Shown here in pieces: positions 57,473 to 64,000 of a DNA stretch of 64,000 nucleotides. The translations under genes were made by a program, and so were the position numbers. The stretch spans positions 7,124 to 71,123 of the forward strand of contig JAZKZH010000005.1 in NCBI GenBank assembly GCA_045612545.1, given 5' to 3'. Numbering within the stretch: the stretch's first letter is position 1; each line of letters starts with the position of its first letter. This DNA is from Eubacteriales bacterium. Its GTDB lineage: Bacteria > Bacillota > Clostridia > Oscillospirales > CAG-382. The notes beneath the pieces are model-generated. The model had not been told where the DNA came from and did no database searches. It worked only from the letters and a program-made list of their open reading frames with translations.

Positions 57473-58306
57473 ATGGAAGAAAAAAATGGCAAAACCGAAA
57501 CTTCGTTCTTCAAGAAAAACTTTAACTATCCCATTTTGCTCTTTGCTTTGATCTCCCTAACCAACATCTCCAGCATTTACAATTCCATAATCGGCATTTT
57601 CAAATATCCCGGCGCCATTGTTAGCATACTTGCAAATCTTATCTTATACGTAACCCCCATTGCCATCGCAGTGTTTTTGTGGTTGTACAAAAATAAGGGG
57701 TTCGAGAAAGCTTCTATCGCCATTGCTGCGGTTTTGTCTGCCGCAACACTGCTGACAGCATACAGTTGGATCCGAACGGTCATAAATAGCTTCTCCTATC
57801 TCTCTTTTGATATTGAGTTTGTCATCGGGCCGTTGCCCAATCTGTTGGGAACACTTTTCTACATTATTATTTGCGCTATCTTGGTATTCAATTTGTTTGC
57901 CAATCGTAAAAACTACGGTGCATTTTATGTGTTGCTGGTTTTGTTCATTGTAGAACTGTGCTTCTTCGGACTCTTAAGAACTTACGCTGCAGTTTTGGAC
58001 ATGGGTTCCGCAAGCTCCGCATTCTCTTGCTTCTTTGACGTATTGCTCGCGTTGGCCATTTGGTATATTCCCGGCGCCATCAACAATCCTCCCGCCGCAG
58101 AATTGTCCACCGGAAAGGCAAAAGCCTTGGCCATGATTGCTGCTGTGGTAGTCGGCCTCTATTTCATTGCTTCGGCAGCAGCAGGCGGCCCCTCCGGCGG
58201 CAGCGATAGCTACTGGGACGATTACGACGATAACCATGACGGAAAAATCGATGACAACGAATTCGGCGACGGATGGAAGGATTATGTGGACGATTTCCTG
58301 AACTAA
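57473..58306 (+). CDS. hypothetical polytopic membrane protein with C-terminal EF-hand-like loop
   Basis: 277 aa with about 7 TM helices. The C-terminal DDNHDGKIDDNE matches the canonical 12-residue EF-hand loop. Confidence 0.55.
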   Translation: MEEKNGKTETSFFKKNFNYPILLFALISLTNISSIYNSIIGIFKYPGAIVSILANLILYVTPIAIAVFLWLYKNKGFEKASIAIAAVLSAATLLTAYSWIRTVINSFSYLSFDIEFVIGPLPNLLGTLFYIIICAILVFNLFANRKNYGAFYVLLVLFIVELCFFGLLRTYAAVLDMGSASSAFSCFFDVLLALAIWYIPGAINNPPAAELSTGKAKALAMIAAVVVGLYFIASAAAGGPSGGSDSYWDDYDDNHDGKIDDNEFGDGWKDYVDDFLN

Positions 58307-58331
58307 CGCTCGTCTAAAAATTCATCTCAAC

Positions 58332-58602
58332 ACAAAAGTATAAATCTCCTTGTTTTACAGATACTATTATCAGCAACTGTAAAGCAAGGAGATTTTATAT
58401 ATGAAAGCAACAGGAATCGTTAGAAGAATCGACGACCTGGGTCGCGTCGTTATCCCCAAGGAGATCCGCCGCATCTTGCGAATCCGTGAGGGAGAGCCCT
58501 TACTGACAATATTGACACTTTTCGACAAGTTTTGTTTAGCGATACATAGTGTGGTAGAAAGATATAATGAGCAGAGAAATTAAACTCTCTGCTCGTTTTT
58601 TT
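58332..58602 (+). repeat. spoVT-5' module A (hairpin, RBS, 60-aa ORF, terminator)
   Basis: Homologous over its full length to 59908-60173. Homologous over the RBS plus the first 99 coding nt to spoVT at 60963-61094. Confidence 0.9.
58401..58583 (+). CDS. 60-aa SpoVT/AbrB N-terminal-like protein (short paralog A)
   Basis: The first 33 residues match SpoVT (one substitution, S25I). Then a novel 27-aa tail that is 15/27 identical to paralog B. Own stop codon inside the terminator hairpin. Confidence 0.5.
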   Translation: MKATGIVRRIDDLGRVVIPKEIRRILRIREGEPLLTILTLFDKFCLAIHSVVERYNEQRN

Positions 58603-58867
58603 GTAAGATGTTGACTTTTTATATCTTTTGTGATAAAATAATTATGCCAAACTAATTGAATAAAATCAGACAAGAGCTTTTTATATTTAAGGCTCTATTT
58701 GTGCATCCTATTATCATAAGGTGAATTTGATAAAAACGCAAATCTCCCCTTGTGATAACTTGATGTATGTTCTTGTCTTATCCAATTAGTTTGGCGACTA
58801 TTGGAGTTTGCGTTTTTTGTGCGGTTACTTCGGTAGTCGCACTTTTTATTTTACGGAGGAAAAGAAA

Positions 58868-59842
58868 ATGAAAAAAGCAATTAGTTTATTGTTGGCGGTA
58901 ATGCTGGTTTTGTCTCTTTCTGCTTGTGGTGGTAACGAGACTACCCACACCCATAGTTATTCTGATGCAACTTGTGCTGCACCAGCAAAATGTTCTTGCG
59001 GTGCAACCAATGGTAGCGCTTTAGGACATAGTTATAGTAATGCTACTTGCACCGAGGCTAAAAAGTGTTCTCGTTGTGGTGCAACCAATGGTAGTGCGCT
59101 TGGTCACAGTTATAAAGATGCAACTTGCACAGAACCCAAGACTTGTACCAAGTGCGGCGCAACCAATGGCAGTGCGCTTGGTCACAGTTATAAAGATGCA
59201 ACTTGCACAGAACCCAAGACTTGTACCAAGTGCGGTGCAACTAGTGGTAATGCTTTGGGGCATAAGGAAGTGGTTGATAAAGCTGTGTCTGCAACATGTA
59301 CTAAAGCTGGACTTTCAGAGGGTAAGCATTGTTCGACTTGCAATACGGTTATAGTCGCTCAAGAAACTATCCCTGCAACACATCAATATGCCGATGCAAC
59401 CTGTACCGAACCACAGAAATGCAAACTTTGTGGTTCAACTTATGGGACTCATAATGGTCATGACTTTTCTCGAAGCAACTCCTGTTCTTCTTGCGGAATG
59501 TGGTTAAGCGACCTTTTTGATATTACTTATTCTAGTGGAAGTTACAACCGAGGAGATAGAAATTCTGATTTTGCATCTATTTCAATAACAAGTTGTTCTC
59601 AAAAATATTACAGTTACAACAATTCTGTTACCTTAACTATTAAAGCGACTGGTAAAATGATTTATACATGGTCATATATGAGACCTGGTGTTGTTTCGTA
59701 TCAGATTGGTTTATACAAAGATGGTGTTTTATATGCGACTAGTAGTACGGGATATGTGAATTGTCAAAAAGGAGAAACTGATTCAGAAACTTTTTACATA
59801 TACGATGTAGAACCAGGAACATATACTATAAAAATACTTTAA
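58868..59842 (+). CDS. lipoprotein with tandem 26-aa Cys-rich repeats (cassette 1 cargo)
   Basis: Start at MKKAISLLLAVMLVLSLSAC. Four or more repeats of GHSY-x-DATCTEPKTCTKCGATNGSAL. AT-rich. Confidence 0.75.
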   Translation: MKKAISLLLAVMLVLSLSACGGNETTHTHSYSDATCAAPAKCSCGATNGSALGHSYSNATCTEAKKCSRCGATNGSALGHSYKDATCTEPKTCTKCGATNGSALGHSYKDATCTEPKTCTKCGATSGNALGHKEVVDKAVSATCTKAGLSEGKHCSTCNTVIVAQETIPATHQYADATCTEPQKCKLCGSTYGTHNGHDFSRSNSCSSCGMWLSDLFDITYSSGSYNRGDRNSDFASISITSCSQKYYSYNNSVTLTIKATGKMIYTWSYMRPGVVSYQIGLYKDGVLYATSSTGYVNCQKGETDSETFYIYDVEPGTYTIKIL

Positions 59843-59907
59843 CTATCCAAAACACAATAATTAAGGAAAAGTTTATGCTAACATAACGACTTTATCAAAT
59901 ATAATTT

Positions 59908-60173
59908 ACAAAGTATAAATCTCCTTGTTTTACAGATACTATTATCAGCAACTGTAAAGCAAGGAGAATTTATATATGAAAGCAACAGGAATAGTTAGAA
60001 GAATCGACGATCTGGGTCGCGTCGTTATCCCCAAGGAGATCCGCCGCAGCTTGCGGATCCGTGAAGGCGAGCCTTCTCATACCTCATTGACACCTTTTGG
60101 TAAGTTTTGTATTTCGATACATAGTGTTTTGAAACGATATAAAGAACAAGCGAGGTGAAATCACCTCGCTTTT
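59908..60173 (+). repeat. spoVT-5' module B (hairpin, RBS, 60-aa ORF, terminator)
   Basis: See module A. The terminator AGCGAGGTGA/TCACCTCGCT is bidirectional. Confidence 0.9.
59976..60158 (+). CDS. 60-aa SpoVT/AbrB N-terminal-like protein (short paralog B)
   Basis: The first 33 residues are identical to SpoVT; all 9 differing codons are synonymous. Its tail is homologous to the tail of paralog A. Confidence 0.5.
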   Translation: MKATGIVRRIDDLGRVVIPKEIRRSLRIREGEPSHTSLTPFGKFCISIHSVLKRYKEQAR

Positions 60174-60178
60174 GAAGT

Positions 60179-60871
60179 TTATTTATTGTAGTGCATATAC
60201 AAATTAGCAAGTGTATGGTTCATAGCTTTGAGTTTATCAAGTTCGCAATTCATATATGACCATTCATATGCTTTTTTTGAAAAACCCATTATTTCTAAAT
60301 GCTTATATGAACGATAAAAATCATATTCGCTTTCAGAAATAGCAGTAATATTTTTTATTTGATTATCTTCAAATTTAGCAATAAAACCATGAACAATAAC
60401 ACGATTGTCATCTCGCATAAATCCAAGCACATAATATGATTTTGTAACCCTGTCAAACTCTATATGGTTCACCATCATATCTTCACCTAACAAAACTTGA
60501 TTGGCAAGAGAAAAATCAGTTGTATCATAAACCGATATAGCAGAGTGCAAACCATCTTTTTGACGTTCTACATTGAAAAACAATTTTCCGTCGGGAGAAA
60601 AACAAAAACCATCGTCTTGTGCTCCGTCAACCTTTGAGAAACGGAACTTTTTAATTAAAGACAATGTTTCCAGAGAATATATCGCAAGTCTGCCATCTGT
60701 AGATTTGACGACAAATAATGTTCCATCTGGCGAAATCATAGGCGTATAACCGTAAATTATATCTTTGAATTTGCCTAACTCATTACCGTCCTTATCATAT
60801 AAAAATACAGTTTGTCCTGTACAACCAACAGAAAAGTCGTTATTGGATACATAGCCCCAAAACTTTCTCAT
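60179..60871 (-). CDS. hypothetical protein with SPDG-type beta-propeller-like repeats (cassette 2 cargo)
   Basis: 230 aa. Repeated ISPDG/FSPDG-K-LF motifs. No signal peptide. AT-rich. Confidence 0.6.
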   Translation of the reverse strand: MRKFWGYVSNNDFSVGCTGQTVFLYDKDGNELGKFKDIIYGYTPMISPDGTLFVVKSTDGRLAIYSLETLSLIKKFRFSKVDGAQDDGFCFSPDGKLFFNVERQKDGLHSAISVYDTTDFSLANQVLLGEDMMVNHIEFDRVTKSYYVLGFMRDDNRVIVHGFIAKFEDNQIKNITAISESEYDFYRSYKHLEIMGFSKKAYEWSYMNCELDKLKAMNHTLANLYMHYNK

Positions 60872-60995
60872 ATAATCACCGCCTTTATTTTATTGTATCA
60901 CACTTTTTCCACAAAGTAAATAGGTATAGTATAATCCCCCACTTTTTGCAAATAATAACACCACAAATGTAAAAGCAAGGAGATTATTATATATT

Positions 60996-61532
60996 ATGAA
61001 AGCAACAGGCATTGTACGCCGCATCGACGACCTGGGTCGCGTCGTTATCCCCAAGGAAATCCGCCGCAGCTTGCGAATCCGTGAAGGCGAGCCGCTGGAG
61101 ATCTTTACCAACGAGGAGGGGGGCGTGGTGTTCCGCAAGTACTCCCCCATCGGCGAGGCGGGAAGCTTTGCGGGAGAATACGCAGAGGCGATCTACAAAT
61201 CCGCGGGAATCGCGGTAGCGGTGTGTGACATGGACGGCGTGATCGCAGTGGCAGGCGCGCCAAAGAAGGATTACCTTTCCCATCCGCTGACCCCTTCCCT
61301 CGCCGCCTTGCTGGAGGGGCGCAGACCTTATTCCGCCACGGCGGACGGCACCCCCATCCGCGCCACGGAGCAGGCAAACGAGCTGGTTTCCTACTTTGCT
61401 CCCATCATTAGCGAGGGAAATCCCGCAGGGGGCGTGATGATGCTTTCCAAGGACACCGCCTCTCTCGATGAGACGGCGAAAAAGCTGGTGAACACGGGAG
61501 CAATGTTTCTGTCCTCGCAGATGCAGATATGA
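60996..61532 (+). CDS. spoVT: stage V sporulation protein T (AbrB-type N-domain plus GAF-like C-domain)
   Basis: 178 aa. MKATGIVRRIDDLGRVVIPKEIRRSLRIREGEPLEIF swapped-hairpin domain plus a SpoVT-type C-terminal domain. GC-rich host codon usage. Confidence 0.9.
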   Translation: MKATGIVRRIDDLGRVVIPKEIRRSLRIREGEPLEIFTNEEGGVVFRKYSPIGEAGSFAGEYAEAIYKSAGIAVAVCDMDGVIAVAGAPKKDYLSHPLTPSLAALLEGRRPYSATADGTPIRATEQANELVSYFAPIISEGNPAGGVMMLSKDTASLDETAKKLVNTGAMFLSSQMQI

Positions 61533-61569
61533 TAGCAAAAAGGACTTCACAGCGAAGTCCTTTCGTATT

Positions 61570-62178
61570 TTAGCGACTGTATCCGCACGCGGTGCAGACA
61601 CCGTTTTTGTAGGTATGGCTCTTGGTCTTGCCAATGGTGTAATTGCAGGAATCGCACACCCTTTGGTGGCCGTCCGAGGTAGAGGCATAGGTCTGGTAGG
61701 GGTGCAGGAAGAGGTAATCCCAAAGCTTATTCATATCCACGTAGCGGAACACGGTTTTCTCCGGCAAGGTCAGCGAGGTGACCTCGTAGACACCCACAGT
61801 GTTGTTCGGCCCCATGCAGGCAAAGAACATCACGTGGGCGTTGTCCCCGGGCTTTAAGAAGACGTCCATCTCCTTCATATCGTAGACGGATTTCACCTGA
61901 TGACCGTACTTGGTGAGATGGTAGGGCGCGGACCAATGGTAAGGCTCGTCGGTACCCGACCCACTATCCACAAATTCCCAAGCGGCGCAGACAAAGGCGG
62001 AGCAATCCAGCCCCACGGTGTAGGGCTGATGCCCCACGTCGGGGTTGACGTTACCGGTGGTGTAATAGGAGCTTGTGCCAATGGTTGCCACCGCAACGTT
62101 GGCAAAGCTGTCCTTGCCGTAATAGGAATGGGGGTTAAAGCCGCCGCGGCAATAGGGAATACCGGTATAGGATACCAT
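61570..62178 (-). CDS. NlpC/P60-like cysteine peptidase domain protein, leaderless
   Basis: 202 aa. GIPYCRGG and GLDCSAFV catalytic-Cys motifs. C-terminal H-TY-x-x-G-x-CTACG motif. No signal peptide and a weak RBS, so it may be a remnant. Confidence 0.5.
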   Translation of the reverse strand: MVSYTGIPYCRGGFNPHSYYGKDSFANVAVATIGTSSYYTTGNVNPDVGHQPYTVGLDCSAFVCAAWEFVDSGSGTDEPYHWSAPYHLTKYGHQVKSVYDMKEMDVFLKPGDNAHVMFFACMGPNNTVGVYEVTSLTLPEKTVFRYVDMNKLWDYLFLHPYQTYASTSDGHQRVCDSCNYTIGKTKSHTYKNGVCTACGYSR

Positions 62179-62261
62179 AAGTCCGTGCTTTTAGCAACTC
62201 GCAAAACCGCAAAAAATGTCGGAACGCTTTTGGGCATTCCGACAAAATTGTAAAAGCAACC

Positions 62262-63005
62262 TTATGAAACCGTGAAGTCTTTCAGTGCCTCTATCATCCA
62301 GGCTTTATCCGAATCGGAATAATAGAAATGCCCCGCTTCATGAGAAATGCGGATCTCCACGTTTTCCTGCGCTGTCAGGTACTTTTCCGACCGCAGAGAA
62401 ACCAGCTCATCCTTCGCACCCAGAAACACCTTGCAGGGAACGGAGATGGGATTTTTGCGCCTGCGGGCGCGGCGGCAAAGCAAAAGCAACTCCAGGAATC
62501 GCGGGATCCATCCTGCATACTTCACAAGCGTTGAGGTCAGCTCCACGCCGATGCTTTCTTGGCAGGCCGTTTCGTGAGGCTGCTCCCGATCCACCCTGCC
62601 CTTGGCAAAACGGTAGGAACGCTTTGCCATCTCCCACCGTACCCACGGGCGGAAGGGCGGGTTCAACAGCAACAATCCCTTGATTTTGGGGTGGGCTTCC
62701 AAGGCCTCCAGCGCCAAAAGCGTACCCATGGAATATCCCACGATGTAGATCTCTCGGTGATCCGCCTCCAATGCGGTCAAGGCATTCTCCACGTCGGCCC
62801 TCCATTTCTTCATGGAGGCGTTGGTGAAGTCCTTCACCGTCCCTCCGTGACCCTCCAGCAGCAGGGCGTGTACCGTCACCTCCCCGGGCAGGGAGGACAC
62901 CAAAAAATCAAAATGACGGGGCGTGGAGCAGATGCCGTGGATCATCAGCACCGCTTTTTCACGGGTGGGAGAGATATGCAAATAGGGGGCGTGTTTTTCC
63001 TTCAT
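62262..63005 (-). CDS. alpha/beta-fold hydrolase (esterase/lipase-like)
   Basis: Start at MKEKHAPYLH. HG oxyanion motif (LMIHG). GYSMG nucleophile elbow. Confidence 0.8.
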   Translation of the reverse strand: MKEKHAPYLHISPTREKAVLMIHGICSTPRHFDFLVSSLPGEVTVHALLLEGHGGTVKDFTNASMKKWRADVENALTALEADHREIYIVGYSMGTLLALEALEAHPKIKGLLLLNPPFRPWVRWEMAKRSYRFAKGRVDREQPHETACQESIGVELTSTLVKYAGWIPRFLELLLLCRRARRRKNPISVPCKVFLGAKDELVSLRSEKYLTAQENVEIRISHEAGHFYYSDSDKAWMIEALKDFTVS

Positions 63006-63009
63006 AGCG

Positions 63010-63972
63010 TCAAAACTCCGATTTCTGGCTCCGTGCAAACAGAGCGTTCAGCTCCTCCGCAGGGTCGCCATGGAGGTACAGCAGACGGTACACCGCCTGG
63101 CAGATGGGCAGCTCCACGCCGTGGGCTTCCGAGAGCTTCATCAACGCGGCAACGGTGTAGTATCCCTCCGCCAAACGGTCAAAGCTTTCGCCCTTGATAA
63201 AGCACTCCCCGAAACGGCGGTTATGGCTGTGGGGAGAGAACAGGGTGGCCTCGTAGTCCCCCAAATGGCAAAGGCCGTAGGCAGAATGCGCCTGCCCTCC
63301 CATGGCGTGGATCAGGCGGGCGACCTCCGTGGTACCGCGGGACATCAAAGCTCCCTTGAGGGAGGAAAGTCCCCGCCCGTCCAGCATTCCCGCGGCGATG
63401 CCCACCACGTTTTTGGCGGCGGCGCCGATCTCGTTGCCAATCAGGTCGGTACCGTAGTAGAAGCGGATCAGATCCCCGGAAAAGTGACGGATCAGCTCAT
63501 CCCGCAAAACGGTGCTTTCGCTGTCGATGACCATACAGTTGGGCTGTCCCCGATAGAAGTCCTGCACGTGTCCCGGCCCCAGCCATACGGCGATGGGTTC
63601 CTTGCGGAACTCCGAGGCAACCTGGGAAAGCCGCTTCCCCGTGGAGATCTCGATGCCCTTCATGCACAGCACGAAGACACGGTTCCCCGCAGGATATACC
63701 GCCAGCTCCTCCATCAGCCCACGAAGCTGTTGACTGCCCACGGAAATGATGACGATGTCGCGCTCCATCACCTCAGACAAGGAGGAGGTAAGAGCCACCG
63801 TCTTCGGCAGGGTGAGGAAATCGTTCCGCCCCTCCTCCTTGAAGCGGGCAAAGGCGGCGGAGGATTCCCGCCCGTACAGGCATACCTCATGCCCCAGACG
63901 GTCTAAATACCATGCGATCAACGACCCCCATCTGCCGCAACCGATGACGGCAACTCTCTTGCGCTCTGCCAT
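63010..63972 (-). CDS. gpsA: NAD(P)H-dependent glycerol-3-phosphate dehydrogenase
   Basis: 320 aa. VAVIGCGRWGS Rossmann motif and GpsA-like C-terminal domain. Confidence 0.9.
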   Translation of the reverse strand: MAERKRVAVIGCGRWGSLIAWYLDRLGHEVCLYGRESSAAFARFKEEGRNDFLTLPKTVALTSSLSEVMERDIVIISVGSQQLRGLMEELAVYPAGNRVFVLCMKGIEISTGKRLSQVASEFRKEPIAVWLGPGHVQDFYRGQPNCMVIDSESTVLRDELIRHFSGDLIRFYYGTDLIGNEIGAAAKNVVGIAAGMLDGRGLSSLKGALMSRGTTEVARLIHAMGGQAHSAYGLCHLGDYEATLFSPHSHNRRFGECFIKGESFDRLAEGYYTVAALMKLSEAHGVELPICQAVYRLLYLHGDPAEELNALFARSQKSEF

Positions 63973-64000
63973 AGAAAGATTCCTTTCTGCTTTTTATGGG

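Noticed and set aside
58608-58867. Possible riboswitch in the 230-nt leader of the cassette-1 lipoprotein gene (TTGACT-17-TAAAAT promoter, crossing inverted repeats, terminator-like hairpin GTGCGGTTACTTCGGTAGTCGCAC+TTTTT at about 58810-58848)
   Set aside because: I could not match it to any riboswitch class I know, and the pairings are short and AT-rich. It is noted as a possible attenuator, but the evidence is too thin for a finding.
55600-61000. Searched the AT-rich island and both repeat loci for integrase, transposase, toxin-antitoxin or defence-system genes
   Set aside because: None of the ORFs shows recombinase (R-H-R-Y, serine-recombinase, DDE) or nuclease/ATPase defence motifs. Mobility, if any, must be provided in trans.

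Overview
64-kb chromosomal window from a GC-rich, spore-forming Firmicute. It belongs to the class Clostridia; gene content and repeat families resemble gut Oscillospiraceae/Ruminococcaceae, but the taxon cannot be proven from this sequence alone. I call about 65 protein genes and two tRNAs. Most genes are housekeeping: ychF, tyrS, cca, thyA-folA, trxA, coaX, plsY, cysK, gpsA. Sporulation genes are also present (ylbJ, yqfC-yqfD, spoVT), along with surface glycosidase-like proteins, transporters and two OmpR-type regulators. The long ORFs lying antisense to these genes are GC-rich shadow ORFs and are rejected.

The unusual content is mostly non-coding or architectural:
1. The spoVT 5' end (RBS plus the first 33 codons) occurs three times in tandem at 58.3-61.1 kb. 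Two copies encode 60-aa SpoVT-N-like ORFs and each heads a low-GC single-gene cassette. No recombinase is visible.
2. The 3' tail of plsY occurs four times in a 1-kb repeat-filled intergenic region at 41.0-42.1 kb.
3. A MITE-like palindromic element family with a conserved ~75-nt core has two copies, at 41.5 kb and 46.4 kb. At least two other inverted-repeat-bounded elements lie at 33.46 kb and 49.9 kb.
4. A T-box-like leader with a probable branched-chain amino-acid specifier precedes an XRE-cupin-acyl-CoA synthetase fusion gene.
5. An array of covarying mini-hairpins sits between tRNA-Gly(CCC) and a four-helix-bundle gene.

All functional calls rest on motif recognition by eye. No database search was run.
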